NCBI GenBank assembly: GCA_963801605.1
Contig: CAWDFP010000006.1
Span: 1,248,001-1,312,000, forward strand
Source: an uncultured candidate division Zixibacteria bacterium
GTDB lineage: Bacteria; Zixibacteria; MSB-5A5; UBA10806
DNA: 64,000 nt
Reading direction: 5' to 3'
Part shown: in pieces, positions 22,657-33,882 of the stretch
Layout of the letters: every line of letters starts with the position of its first letter
Numbering within the stretch: the first letter of the stretch is position 1
Notes under the pieces: generated by a model
The model's database searches: none
What the model saw: only the letters and a program-made list of their open reading frames with translations
Told to the model about the DNA's origin: nothing
Position numbers and translations under genes: made by a program

Positions 22657-23268
22657 TTATCCTTTCACTATGCCGCGCTGCCTGGCGAAATCCCATAATT
22701 GCTTCTGAAGTATTTTTCGTCCTCTAAAGATTCGCGATTTGACAGTCCCCACGCTGATTCCCAGGATCTCCGAAATTTCCTGGTAGCTGAATCCTTCAAC
22801 GTCGGATAATAGTACAGCCATGCGGAACTGATCAGGAACGCTTTCGAGCGCCTTGATTATATCGTCGGAAACATAATCCTTAAGGACCGTGGTCATGGCC
22901 TCCGCCCCCTGCGCTTCCGATTTATCGGCGGCGGTAATCTCTTTGACCATTTCGTCGGCTAAGCAAAAATTTTCCACAGCCTCGAAATCAACCATATTCG
23001 GTTCCGCTTTTTTCTTGCGATACCTGGTTCTGAAAGTATTGGTCAGAATAGTTAAAATCCAGGCGCGGGCGTTGGTGCCGCGTTCAAAACGATGGAAGAA
23101 TCGAAAGGCTTTAAGATAACTCTCCTGGACTAAGTCTTCAGCATCTTTTTCGTTACGAGTCATACGGAGAGCGATGCTGTAAAGGTTGTCGAGGAGGGGT
23201 AGAAATAATTCTTCGAACTCTCGTTTTTTTACTTGATCTGTTTTGTTTTCTGTCATAGAATTATCCAC
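22657..23268 (-). CDS. ECF sigma-70 factor (SigR/SigH-like)
   Basis: DAEDLVQESYLKAF, GTNARAW, DVEGFSYQEI...GTVKSRIFRGR; GTG start after AAGGGGG RBS. Confidence 0.9.
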   Translation of the reverse strand: MDNSMTENKTDQVKKREFEELFLPLLDNLYSIALRMTRNEKDAEDLVQESYLKAFRFFHRFERGTNARAWILTILTNTFRTRYRKKKAEPNMVDFEAVENFCLADEMVKEITAADKSEAQGAEAMTTVLKDYVSDDIIKALESVPDQFRMAVLLSDVEGFSYQEISEILGISVGTVKSRIFRGRKILQKQLWDFARQRGIVKG

Positions 23269-23341
23269 GATGTATTCCCCCTTCGAACCAATTCTAAATG
23301 TATGCGAAAGTTTTGTCAAGCCTAAATATCCGGTGAATGCA

Positions 23342-25020
23342 ATGATTAAATTTAATCATGTTTCGATTTCATTTCTAATGCTGCTTACATTCCTTATAAC
23401 CATTGCCTCTGTTTTCTCCGTTATACGCTCAATCCGGCGATACGGGAGAAGAATCCTACTGGATTTTCTTTACTCAAAAAAATTCATTTATCCCGGTGGA
23501 AATACCGCAACAGACTATGGATCGAAGGTTTATGCGCGCAGGATTGACAATCAGGAGCTGGTTCGATCTGCCTGTGGATGAAGCCTTTATCAATAATATC
23601 AGTTCGCGCGGCGGACATGTGAAAACTGTTTCACGATGGCTCAACGCCGTCAGCGTTAAAGCTGATCAGGAGGCGCTATCGCAAATCAGCGGCCTTTCGT
23701 ATGTTTCTAGAATTACTCGTGTAGCGGTATCCTCCAGGCCTCTTCCTCAATTTACTGAGGCAGCCTATTTTCCTGAAATTTCCATGATAACCGCATTCGA
23801 TTATGGCCCCTCATTCAAACAAATTTCTATGCTGGCGATAGATTCTCTGCATAATTCCGGCCTATCAGGCCACAATGTTAAAATCGGAATTATGGATACC
23901 GGCTTTGATACTACTCACGAAGCTTTTACTCAGATGGCCGCCGAACACCGTATTATTGCCACCCGAAATTTCCTGAGCGGTGGCGATGATGTCATGGGAA
24001 GCCCCACTGATATCCAAAGATCGCATGGTACCGCCGTGCTTTCGGTAATCGGAGGGTTTCATGAAGGAAATATTATCGGCCCCGCTTATGGCGCCGATTA
24101 TGTTTTGGCCAAAACGGAGTCGGTGAGCGTTGAAATGCGATTCGAAGAAGATGATTGGGTTGCCGCCTCTGAGTGGATGGAATCATTGGGAGTCGATATC
24201 ATTTCGTCATCCGTTGGTTATATCGATTGGTATGACACCACACAGCTTGATGGTCAAACTGCGATTATTACCCAGGCCGCCAATATTGCAAATCAGTTGG
24301 GAGTGGTTGTTGTCAATGCCGCTGGTAACGAGGGCAGCAATATCCGTTGGAGAAAGGTCACCCCGCCTGCCGATGGTGATTCCGTGATCGCTGCCGGTGC
24401 GGTTGATACCTCGGGCCTGGTGGCCGGCTTCTCCTCGCGCGGCCCTACCGCCGATGGCCGTATTAAGCCCGATGTCTGTGCGCTGGGAGTGAATGATTAC
24501 TTGGCTATCAGCAGCACCGACGGATATGGTCTATCTTCCGGTACTTCATACGCGGCCCCTTTGATAGCCGGAGGCATTGCGCTTCTGCTTGAGGGTCATC
24601 CCCAGTGGAGACTTGCCGATATCATTTCAAACCTCAAACAGGCATCATCTAATGCCGATGAGCCCAATAACGCCATGGGCTGGGGTTATCCCAATTTCGT
24701 TTCCGCTTATTTTGGATTGCCATTTCATCCACCGTCAGAAGTTCCGGAAGTTCTTACTTATTTTACCTCAACCGGCTCGCGATTCGGTGATCTTTAAAAT
24801 TATATTTGCCAATCCTGGTTCGGCAGTGCTTTCCGTCCATGACCTTTCAGGAGCCAAGGTGCAGGAATGGAGTATTACCGCTACTGAACCGTCAATCGTC
24901 ACCCAGGTTTGGGATGGGAAAAACCTTTCGCATGATAAAATCGCCTCCGGTATTTATATCTGCGTCCTGAAGCTCGGCGATACCGAATATCGTCAAAAGC
25001 TGGCTTATTTTTCTAGATAA
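23342..25020 (+). CDS. Secreted S8 subtilisin-like peptidase with FlgD-Ig/T9SS-like C-terminus; +1 frameshifts at ~23400 and ~24758
   Basis: Catalytic triad IMDTG, SHGT, GTSYAAP; signal peptide and C-terminal WDGKN...ASGIY lie in adjacent frames. Confidence 0.8.
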
Positions 25021-25049
25021 TATTAATTGTGTTAGTTAATGTCGGATTG

Positions 25050-25080
25050 GTAGCCGGGGACCCTCGCGGTCCCCGTTTAT
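25050..25080. repeat. GTAG-tagged REP-like palindrome
   Basis: GTAGCCGGGGACCCTCGCGGTCCCCGTTTAT; related copies at 7095-7126 and 30000-30030. Confidence 0.65.
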
Positions 25081-25095
25081 TTTTAATAATCCGGT

Positions 25096-26308
25096 TTATA
25101 TCACTCCGTATTTTTTACCCACTCTCCTGAAGGCTTCAATCGCCATATCAAGTTGCTCTGTTGTATGAGCTGCGGAAATTTGCACCCTGATCCGCGATTG
25201 CCCCTTCGGTACCACCGGATACGAGAACCCGATCACATAAATGCCTTCAGCTAACATATCGCGTGCAAAATCCTGTGCCAGTTTGGCGTCATTAGGGAAT
25301 CGTCCAAACAAAATTGGCACTATGGGATGAATACCCGGCTTTATCTCAAACCCGGCGTTAGAAATCTCTTTACGGAAATATTGAGTGTTACGTTCCAGGC
25401 GGTCGCGAAGCTCGGTGCTTTCCCAGAGCATATTGATTGCCTCGATTCCGGCGGCTACTATCATTGGCGGCATCGTATTGGAAAACAGATACGGCCGGGC
25501 TTTTTGACGAAGCATATCTATTATCTCTTTACGACCGGATACACAACCGCCGCTGGCTCCGCCCAACGCCTTACCAAGAGTAGTGGTAATAATATCGATC
25601 TTGCCCATTACACCGCAATGCTCGATACTTCCGCGACCGGTACGCCCCATAAAACCGGTGGCGTGGGAATCATCTACCATTGTTAATGCCCCGTGCCGTT
25701 TTGCTATTTCTACGATTTGATCCAGCTTGGCAATATCGCCATCCATTGAAAAAACGCCATCGGTGGCGATCAGCTTAATCTTGGCCCCGCCTTTTTCGGC
25801 TTCCTCAAGCTGCAGTTCAAGGTCTTTCATGTCGCTATGCTCGTAGCGGAAGCGTTCGGCTTTGCAGAGCCTGATGCCATCTATAATCGAGGCGTGATTG
25901 AGTGCATCCGAGATAATCGCATCCTGACCGCTGAGGATAGCCTCGAATAATCCTCCATTAGCGTCAAAACAGGATGAAAACAGGATCGTGTCGGCCGTGC
26001 CCAGAAATTCGCTGATCGTATCCTCGAGCTTTTTATGCAGGTCCTGCGTTCCGCAAATGAACCTTACCGATGACAACCCAAAACCATGCGTATCGAGCGC
26101 CCGCTTGGCAGCCGTCTATTAACCTGGGATGATTGCCTAACCCCAGGTAGTTGTTGGCGCACATATTGATAACCTCGCGGCCCGGCGCCACCGTTATTTT
26201 GGCTCCTTGCGGGCTGGTGATTACCCGTTCCTCTTTGAACAAACCTTGATTCCTGATGTCATTCAAAGTGGTGCTTAAATTATCGAGTTTTACAGTATCC
26301 ATATCCAA
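25096..26308 (-). CDS. kbl: Glycine C-acetyltransferase, copy 2 (stand-alone); +1 frameshift at ~26112
   Basis: [44 protein letters not shown]. Confidence 0.88.
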
Positions 26309-26521
26309 ATCCTAATCCTCCAAAATTCGCCAATTAGCCTAATTACGTCCCAAAACTCAAGTAGATTCGCTAAACTTTGTGATTATTCCTTTTGTCTTGA
26401 TAAACCCTTTCCGGGAAACGTTATGTTTCCGGCGGCTTTACCGTCTTGACATTTCACCCCATTCGCTGTAGAATCTTCGCAGTTTATTCTTTTATGAGAT
26501 TTAATTTAGAAAGGAGCGTCG

Positions 26522-27964
26522 ATGAAGGACAGGCTAAGGGAACTTATCGACTATATAAAAAGCAAAAAAATCGATTATGCCGATGCCCGATACGTCGAGC
26601 GTAAAAGCGAATCCATCACGGTTAAAGATGGTCAGCTTGAGGCGCTCTCGCGTGACGAGGGTCGCGGCGTTGGCATAAGAGTCTTGCATGGCGGCTGTTG
26701 GGGATTTGCCTCCAGTGCCAGTATCATGCCGAACGATCTAAAACGGTTGGCTGATAGAGCCGTTGGGGTCGCCAAAGCGTCGACAGTTACCAAAGGGAAA
26801 CCGGCTGCGCTGGCCCCCACGCAAATTTATCAGGATAAGTATAAATCGCCAATGATCGAGGACCCCTTCAAGGTTTCTCTTGACGAAAAAATCGGTTTGC
26901 TCATGAAGGTTAGCGATATCCTGAGAAAGCAGAAAAAGATCAAAATCACCGAATCCAGCCTCGATTTCTTCAGAACCGATAAAATATTTTGCTCCACCGA
27001 AGGCGCCCTTATCGAGCAAACTATCGTTGAATCCGGTGGTGGTTACGAGGCCACCGCGATCGAAAAGGGTGATGCTCAAAAACGAAGCTACCCCAACTCG
27101 CACCGCGGCGATTTCCGATGTGCCGGTTACGAATTTATCCGTGAATTGGACCTGCCCGGCAATGCCGAGCGAGTAGCCGAGGATGCCGTCGCGCTGCTTT
27201 CCGCTCCGCCCTGTCCCGTAGGAAAAACCGATATCATCATAATGGGCGATCAGATGGCGCTTCAGGTTCACGAATCCTGCGGTCACCCGACCGAACTGGA
27301 TCGCGCTTTGGGCACCGAGATATCTCTGGCCGGCGGTTCGTTTATGACACCTGACAAGCTCGGCTCGCTCCGCTATGGTTCTCCCTTGGTCAATATCGTT
27401 CAGGACGGCACTATTCCTTACGCTCTGGGAAGTTTCGGTTACGATGATGAAGGCGTTAAAGCGTCGCGAACTGATGTCATTAAGGAAGGGCTTTTCGTCG
27501 GCTATCTTACATCTCGTGAGACAGCTCAACTTGTCAATGCCGCTCCTAATGGCACCATGCGGGCCGATGGTTGGGATAAAATCCCTCTCATTCGCATGAC
27601 CAATATCAATCTCTTGCCCGGCGAATGGGATTATAACAATCTCGTGGCCGATACCAAAAACGGCATTCTGCTGGCCACTAACAAAAGCTGGTCTATCGAT
27701 GATAAGCGGCTCAATTTCCAATTCGGAGTTGAGGTCGCCTGGCAAATCAAGGATGGCCGGATCACTACAATGTATAAAAATCCTGTCTATACTGGCATTA
27801 CGCCGGAGTTCTGGAATTCTTGCGATGCCGTCTGTAACGCCAACCATTGGAGGATCTGGGGTATTCCGTCCTGCGGCAAAGGAGAGCCGATGCAAAGCGC
27901 GCACGTGGCGCATGGCACCGCTCCGACCCGGTTCAGAAATGTCATGGTGGGGGTGAGCAAATGA
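26522..27964 (+). CDS. tldD: TldD metalloprotease subunit
   Basis: GVGIRV, HESCGHPTELDR, RMTN, CGKGEP. Confidence 0.9.
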   Translation: MKDRLRELIDYIKSKKIDYADARYVERKSESITVKDGQLEALSRDEGRGVGIRVLHGGCWGFASSASIMPNDLKRLADRAVGVAKASTVTKGKPAALAPTQIYQDKYKSPMIEDPFKVSLDEKIGLLMKVSDILRKQKKIKITESSLDFFRTDKIFCSTEGALIEQTIVESGGGYEATAIEKGDAQKRSYPNSHRGDFRCAGYEFIRELDLPGNAERVAEDAVALLSAPPCPVGKTDIIIMGDQMALQVHESCGHPTELDRALGTEISLAGGSFMTPDKLGSLRYGSPLVNIVQDGTIPYALGSFGYDDEGVKASRTDVIKEGLFVGYLTSRETAQLVNAAPNGTMRADGWDKIPLIRMTNINLLPGEWDYNNLVADTKNGILLATNKSWSIDDKRLNFQFGVEVAWQIKDGRITTMYKNPVYTGITPEFWNSCDAVCNANHWRIWGIPSCGKGEPMQSAHVAHGTAPTRFRNVMVGVSK

Positions 27965-29310
27965 TTGGAAAAGAAAAAATCGTCCGTCTCTTAAAAGAAG
28001 TTCTGACTGAATCTAAACTCGAAGTGGCCGAGGCGGTTTTCATCGGCGCCGAATATGGACTGACACGCTATGCCAATTCCGCAATCCATCAGAATATGGC
28101 GGATCAAAATCATAATGTCTCATTCAAAGTGGCTCTTGGTAAGAAAATCGGCGTGGCTGCCACCAATATATTCGAGAAGGAAGCTCTTAAAAGGGCTTGT
28201 CTGAACGCCGTCGCTATCGCCGAACGGGCCATGCCCAATCCCAATTTCGGCGGATTGGCAAAACCCTCGAAATATAAAAAGCTCACCAATTATTTCGATG
28301 TCACCGCCAAAGTAACTCCGGCCAAACGGGCCGCGGTAGTCAAGAAAATTTGCGATAAAGCGCTAAAAAATGGTTTGAGCGCCTCCGGGGCGTTAAGCAC
28401 TTCTCAGTCTGAAATTGCCATCGTCAACACCCGGGGATTAGTGGCCTACCAGCCGAGCACGTCCTGCTCAATTAATATTATCATGTCCTCCGAGGATTCC
28501 TCCGGATATGCTCAGGGCCTTTCGAGAAGATTCGATAAAATTGATTTTGCCGCTCTATCCGATAAAGCGCTTGCCAAATGCCTCAAATCGCGGAAGCCGC
28601 AAACCCTCGAACCGGGGCATTATGATGTTATCCTCGAACCAACAGCGGTTGCCAACCTCATGGAATGGCTGACATTCATCGCTTTTTCGGCCAATCCCTA
28701 CCATGAGAAAACCAGTTTCTTGAGCGACAAGAAGGGCAAAAAGATTGCCGCGACCGCTCTCTCGATCTATGATGATGGTCTTGACCCCAAGAGCATCGGT
28801 TTTCCATTCGATTTCGAGGGTGTGCCAAAGAAAACGGTATATTTTATTCGCAAGGGTCTTGGCGGCGGACCGGTCTACGACTTATCAACCGCAAAAAAAT
28901 ATAAAGCTAAGACTACCGGGCATGGTATGCCTCCGGGCGGCAGCGGCGGGCCAACACCGCTCAACGTTCATATCGCGTCCGGTACCAGGCCGTTCGATAA
29001 GATGCTTGCTTCGATTAAAAAAGGCATCCTCGTTACCAGATTCCACTACATCAATGGATTCCTCGATACACCCAAAGCTCTGCTTACCGGCATGACCCGC
29101 GACGGCACGTTCCTGGTCGAAAATGGCAAGATTGTCTCCGGTATCAAGAATTTGCGTTTTACCGAGTCGATGCTGCGTGCTTTTGGCAATATCGAGGCTA
29201 TTTCGAAAGAAAGCGAACTGGTGGATACCTGGTGGGGTGATATCGGTTGTGTCCAGGCGCCGTCCCTTTTAATCAAGGATTTCAACTTTTCGGGAAAGAC
29301 TGAGTTTTAA
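27961..29310 (+). CDS. pmbA: TldE/PmbA subunit
   Basis: TRYANSAIHQN, PFDFEG, TGMTRDG; ATGA overlap with tldD. Confidence 0.85.
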   Translation: MIGKEKIVRLLKEVLTESKLEVAEAVFIGAEYGLTRYANSAIHQNMADQNHNVSFKVALGKKIGVAATNIFEKEALKRACLNAVAIAERAMPNPNFGGLAKPSKYKKLTNYFDVTAKVTPAKRAAVVKKICDKALKNGLSASGALSTSQSEIAIVNTRGLVAYQPSTSCSINIIMSSEDSSGYAQGLSRRFDKIDFAALSDKALAKCLKSRKPQTLEPGHYDVILEPTAVANLMEWLTFIAFSANPYHEKTSFLSDKKGKKIAATALSIYDDGLDPKSIGFPFDFEGVPKKTVYFIRKGLGGGPVYDLSTAKKYKAKTTGHGMPPGGSGGPTPLNVHIASGTRPFDKMLASIKKGILVTRFHYINGFLDTPKALLTGMTRDGTFLVENGKIVSGIKNLRFTESMLRAFGNIEAISKESELVDTWWGDIGCVQAPSLLIKDFNFSGKTEF

Positions 29311-29311
29311 T

Positions 29312-29923
29312 TTGAAAATCAAACTGGCTATTATTCTGGCGGCTCTGCTCCTGGTAACGGGAGCAGAGTCCAGGGCTGCGGTCTTTGGTATTCGGTTTTC
29401 CAATACCCAGGAACAGCCTTTGAGGGCTTTGGTCGATAAGGGCATTGGCGATTCCGGCGCCAAGGGACGATTCGGTCTTTATGCCGGCACTACGCAGGGA
29501 AGCAGCTACTTTTTGATCGGCGCGGATTATGATCGATTCAAGATGGAGCGCGGCGATTCGCTTCTATATTCGCGACGACTGACGATTGACTTCGGTTATC
29601 GCTACCAGCTTCTCGGGGCGGATAAGGCTAAAGCGATGAATTTCATGCCGTTCTTAGCTTTGCATCTATTCAAGAGCTATTCCAAAGTTGAGGCCGATTC
29701 CGGCACGCTGCGCCCGGCTGAAGTTAAATATTTTCAAGACCTCTCCAATGACGAAGGCGGTTGGCTTTCTGTGGGTGCAGAATATTTCTTTGCGCCGGTG
29801 TTCAGCCTCGGCGCTGAGGGTGGTTTGCGTTACACCCGCGCCAACTCCAAGGCCCTGGGTTGGGATGTTAAAATTCGCCAGTACGATACTTTTGTTGCGT
29901 TGTTGCTGAGCTTTTATATGTAG
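29312..29923 (+). CDS. Small outer-membrane beta-barrel protein
   Basis: Signal peptide; alternating strands (VGAEYFFAPVFSLGAEGGLRY); aromatic C-terminus. Confidence 0.65.
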   Translation: MKIKLAIILAALLLVTGAESRAAVFGIRFSNTQEQPLRALVDKGIGDSGAKGRFGLYAGTTQGSSYFLIGADYDRFKMERGDSLLYSRRLTIDFGYRYQLLGADKAKAMNFMPFLALHLFKSYSKVEADSGTLRPAEVKYFQDLSNDEGGWLSVGAEYFFAPVFSLGAEGGLRYTRANSKALGWDVKIRQYDTFVALLLSFYM

Positions 29924-29939
29924 TTATGCTTGGATTTGC

Positions 29940-30030
29940 GGGTCGGGTTCCCAGCGAACTTCGCGAACAAGAAACCCGATCCCAATTTGTTTTTGGGACA
30001 TAGCCGGGGTGCCTGTGGACCCCGGTTTAT
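29940..30030. repeat. Two REP-like palindromes
   Basis: GGGTCGGGTT...AACCCGATCC and ATAGCCGGGGT-GCCTGTGG-ACCCCGGTT. Confidence 0.55.
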
Positions 30031-30040
30031 TAATTAGACA

Positions 30041-31387
30041 TTACTCCTCAACCACATCCCCTTTTAGTGTTACCGCCGTGGCCGAATGAATCTTAACTGA
30101 CTCATAATCACCGGGCTTTTCGTCATTATAGGGGAAAATCACATTTAAGCCGAAATCGTTTCGTCCGCTCCACTCTGACGATTTTCGCCGGCTGGGGCCT
30201 TCGACTAATACCTCAAATACCTTGTCAATATGACGCTGATTTTGAGTCTTGCTGATTTTATTCTGGATTTCGTTTAAGAGCGTGATCCGATATTTCTTTT
30301 CATCCGACGGTATATCGTCTGGCCAGCGCCGAGCGGCCACTGTGCCCTTGCGTTCCGAATAGTTGAATATAAAAGCCGAATCAAACCTTACTTTTTCGAT
30401 TATCGCGACAGTTTCTTCAAACTCCTCGCGCGTCTCGGTCGGATATCCCAGAATTATATCGGTGGTCAGCGAAATTTCGGGAATTATTTCTCTGATATGG
30501 TCTACTAACCTGAGATACTCCTCGGCGGTATGCCGACGGTTCATCATCTTTAGAATTCTATCGCTGCCCGCCTGTAGCGGCAGATGGATATGTTTGCAAA
30601 CGGGGGGATGCGTCTTTATCACATCTAAAAGATCATCCGGAAAATCTTTCGGGTGAGGCGATATAAACCGCACTCTTTTAATGCCTCGAACCTCTGCCAC
30701 CGCGCGCACCAGAGCGGCAAACGATTTTCCTTCGTGTTTGTAAGAATTGACATTCTGCCCCAAAAGAGTAACCTGGCTATAACCCTCACTGACAAGTTTC
30801 GCAGCTTCGTCCACAATACTCTCAAGGGGACGGCTCCGCTCCCGTCCGCGAGTATAAGGCACCACGCAGAACGTGCAGAAATTATCGCAGCCGCGCATCA
30901 CTGCAATCCAGGCGTTGACGCCATCCTTGCGGGCCGGATAGATATCATCATAAGTCTCAAATTCAGAGAGATCAATCGAGAGAGCCTGTTTGGCGCCATC
31001 ACGAGCTTCGCGTATCAATTGCGGTAGATTTCGGTAGCTATCAGGCCCGGCTACCAGATCGACATGCAGATCGTTTTCGAGAAGTTCAAGTTTGAGATTC
31101 TGTGCCATGCACCCCAGCACGCCAATAGTTAGCTCTTTATCTTTGTAGAGATGTTCAAGTTGTTGAAGCCGTCCATAGACCCGGTTATGGGCATGTTCCC
31201 GTACCGCGCAGGTATTGATTAATACCACTTCGGCCTCGCCAGCATCGGAAACCTCAATAAAATTGCTCTTCAGAAGAATAGCCCGCACCAGTTCGGAGTC
31301 ATACTCGTTCATCTGGCAACCGTATGTCTCAATAAAGACTCTCAGTTTTCCGTTTGAATTCGATATTTTAACTTCGTTGTCATTCAT
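30041..31387 (-). CDS. miaB: tRNA-i6A37 methylthiotransferase MiaB
   Basis: ETYGCQMNEYDS, NTCAVRE, GCDNFCTFC radical-SAM motif, C-terminal TRAM. Confidence 0.95.
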   Translation of the reverse strand: MNDNEVKISNSNGKLRVFIETYGCQMNEYDSELVRAILLKSNFIEVSDAGEAEVVLINTCAVREHAHNRVYGRLQQLEHLYKDKELTIGVLGCMAQNLKLELLENDLHVDLVAGPDSYRNLPQLIREARDGAKQALSIDLSEFETYDDIYPARKDGVNAWIAVMRGCDNFCTFCVVPYTRGRERSRPLESIVDEAAKLVSEGYSQVTLLGQNVNSYKHEGKSFAALVRAVAEVRGIKRVRFISPHPKDFPDDLLDVIKTHPPVCKHIHLPLQAGSDRILKMMNRRHTAEEYLRLVDHIREIIPEISLTTDIILGYPTETREEFEETVAIIEKVRFDSAFIFNYSERKGTVAARRWPDDIPSDEKKYRITLLNEIQNKISKTQNQRHIDKVFEVLVEGPSRRKSSEWSGRNDFGLNVIFPYNDEKPGDYESVKIHSATAVTLKGDVVEE

Positions 31388-31494
31388 AATACGTCCGAAT
31401 GTTAGTGCTAAGTTATCTATAAGTGCCCGAATATCAAGAGAGAATTGTTAATCTGAGGAATTTGATTGATAGTTAATAGGTAATCGGTCTGAAA

Positions 31495-31914
31495 TTATTG
31501 ATTCTCGCAGCCGCTATCGCATGGACCGCAGGCCTTAATCTTATCAACCATGATATCGACCTCGATATCAGCGTCGATAATTACCCCCGATTGATCATAA
31601 TTTATCTCGGCAATCTTACAAGCAGAGCTTACAGCGCCCGATGATTGGCCGGTATATGTTTCGAGCGCCAATTGAAGCGCAAAAAGATGCTTGAGCCTTA
31701 AGAAATTTTCGATTCCACTATCTTTTTCGCTCTGAAATTTAGCTGGTTCCAGAGCCCTGATTTCCGAAATGGACATATCGCGGACCCGATCCAAAATTAA
31801 CGATTCCGCCCCGATAGATTTGCCGCAAGTCATAAGCTGCAACTTGTACGATTTGAGCCGCTCGTCCGAATCGAGTGTAATTCGAATAAGCTCGAGTACA
31901 TTATCGCACGGCAT
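31495..31914 (-). CDS. Cys-containing hypothetical protein
   Basis: 139-aa ORF with six Cys including C-terminal CGPCDSGC. Confidence 0.6.
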   Translation of the reverse strand: MPCDNVLELIRITLDSDERLKSYKLQLMTCGKSIGAESLILDRVRDMSISEIRALEPAKFQSEKDSGIENFLRLKHLFALQLALETYTGQSSGAVSSACKIAEINYDQSGVIIDADIEVDIMVDKIKACGPCDSGCENQ

Positions 31915-32263
31915 CGGATGTCTGCCTTTCAATCTTCACGAAAATCATGATAATGACAATTAATATCAGACGCACTCCAAAGTCAAGTTTCGTGATTAAT
32001 GGTTGCGATTGCCTGTGATCCCCGAACCTTTTGGCCATTTTGTCGCCTTAAATCCAGATGGGATCTGCCGAATGTCAAAACCCCGTCAGTAATTTTGACA
32101 TTATTCATTAATATCTAAATCATAGACTTAAAGATGCCCATACAGCCCGGCCAGATTCAGTTCTCTATTGACGGATTACCTAAATTGACTTAATTGATAG
32201 TATGAAAGGCTTTGTTTTCAGTTCGTTCAAAGCCGTTACTCTTTCCATTATAGGAGCCTGAAG

Positions 32264-33280
32264 ATGTCTCCAATCGATAAATCCGCTCTCTCCAAATTTA
32301 AACGATATTATTTGTTTTACGGCCCCAACGCCTTCAAGCTCGACGAGCGCGTCAGAAGCCTCGGCCAGGCTTTGATTGAACCCGGCAGCGAGGCTTTCGA
32401 TCTGGACCATTTCGATGGTGATAGAGCGGACATTTCCAATGTTATCAACGCTGTCTCCACGCCGCCGGTCATAAGCCTTCTTCGCGTCGTTATTCTAACG
32501 AGCGCTGAGAAACTTTCAGCCCAGTCCCTGAACCGGCTTGAAGCTTTTCTCCCAAAAATCCCCGACTATTCCGTTCTGGCCATGACAGCTATCAAGATCG
32601 ATAAGCGTATCAAGCTCTTTAAAAATCTTGCCGCTCAGGATAAGGTTCATACCTTTTATTTCGATCTATTTTCATCATCGGAGGCCGCCGACCTGGTAGT
32701 CAAATTTGCCGCTGCCCGGGGAAAGAAAATGTCAACCTACGTGGCCAACGCTGTTGTCGAAACCTTCGGCACCGATCCCTATCGACTCGAAAATGAGGTT
32801 GAAAAACTGGCGCTATATGTGGGGGAGAAGCCCGAGATCGAAAAATCCGATCTCGCCTTTGCATCCGGGTTTAACAAGATCGAAACGGCTTACGACTTGC
32901 CGAATCTGATCTTCGCAGGTAAGCCGGAACAGGCCTTGGAGTTAGCCCGTACAGCCCTGGCTTCGGGGATCTCCGAAATTCAGCTTCTCTGGATTCTTAA
33001 AAATCACCTTATTCGCCTTAACGGTGCTCATGCCATCGGCAATCCCAGGGGCATGATGAGCGAACTCCGAATGCCATTCGGGGCTGCCCAGGAACTCCTT
33101 AGGATTTCGAAAAACATTAGCCAAGATGATATAGCAAAAGGACTTACATTTATATTTCGAGCCGAATATGCGCTCAAATCTGCCCGCTTCCCGACTGAGG
33201 TTATCATCGAACTCCTAATTTCAACTCTATATTTAACTTTCAAGGGGAATATTCCCAAAAATAAGTTGTATTCTCTATGA
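32264..33280 (+). CDS. holA: DNA polymerase III delta subunit
   Basis: YYLFYG, LENEVEKLALY; typical length. Confidence 0.85.
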   Translation: MSPIDKSALSKFKRYYLFYGPNAFKLDERVRSLGQALIEPGSEAFDLDHFDGDRADISNVINAVSTPPVISLLRVVILTSAEKLSAQSLNRLEAFLPKIPDYSVLAMTAIKIDKRIKLFKNLAAQDKVHTFYFDLFSSSEAADLVVKFAAARGKKMSTYVANAVVETFGTDPYRLENEVEKLALYVGEKPEIEKSDLAFASGFNKIETAYDLPNLIFAGKPEQALELARTALASGISEIQLLWILKNHLIRLNGAHAIGNPRGMMSELRMPFGAAQELLRISKNISQDDIAKGLTFIFRAEYALKSARFPTEVIIELLISTLYLTFKGNIPKNKLYSL

Positions 33281-33882
33281 GCGACGAAACCGAAAAGAGC
33301 GAGCAAATGGACCAGGACCTGGTTAATCTGGCTCTCAAAGGCGATGAGAGAGCTTTCGAAAAGCTTGTAGAGAAGTATAAAAAACGGGTTTATTATTTGG
33401 CTTATCGAATGACACGCGATCATGATAGCGCCGATGAACTGGCGCAGGAAAGCTTTGTGAAAGCTTACCAGGCACTGGGAAATTTCAAAACAGGCTATAA
33501 CTTTTACACCTGGATCTATCGCATCTGTGTCAACCTTTCGATTAACTTTATCAAGCACGAGAGGCGCACAGTTTCAGCCGACCTCCTGCGCGAATTGGAC
33601 CTGTTGCCTGAGGGCATATCTGGTCTCGACCAGCTTGAAAAGATGATCGCTTCCGAACAGGCGGCCCTGGCCAAACGGGTTCTCGATAACCTGCCGCCAG
33701 AACAAAAGGCGGCTTTCGTGCTTAAAACGTATGATAATATGTCGTATGAACAAATGTCTGATGTTATGCAGTGCTCGATAGGTACCGTGATGTCACGGCT
33801 CTTCAGGGCGAGACAAAAACTAAGGAAAGCCCTGAAAGCAGCCGAAACTGAAAGAGATAGTAGAGATAATTTTGATGACTGA
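33277..33882 (+). CDS. ECF sigma factor (RpoE/SigW-like)
   Basis: GDERAFEKLVEKY, FYTWIYRICVN, GTVMSRLFRAR. Confidence 0.9.
   Translation: MSDETEKSEQMDQDLVNLALKGDERAFEKLVEKYKKRVYYLAYRMTRDHDSADELAQESFVKAYQALGNFKTGYNFYTWIYRICVNLSINFIKHERRTVSADLLRELDLLPEGISGLDQLEKMIASEQAALAKRVLDNLPPEQKAAFVLKTYDNMSYEQMSDVMQCSIGTVMSRLFRARQKLRKALKAAETERDSRDNFDD

Noticed and set aside
26738..27913. 391-aa minus-strand ORF
   Set aside because: Antisense shadow of tldD with no recognisable motifs.
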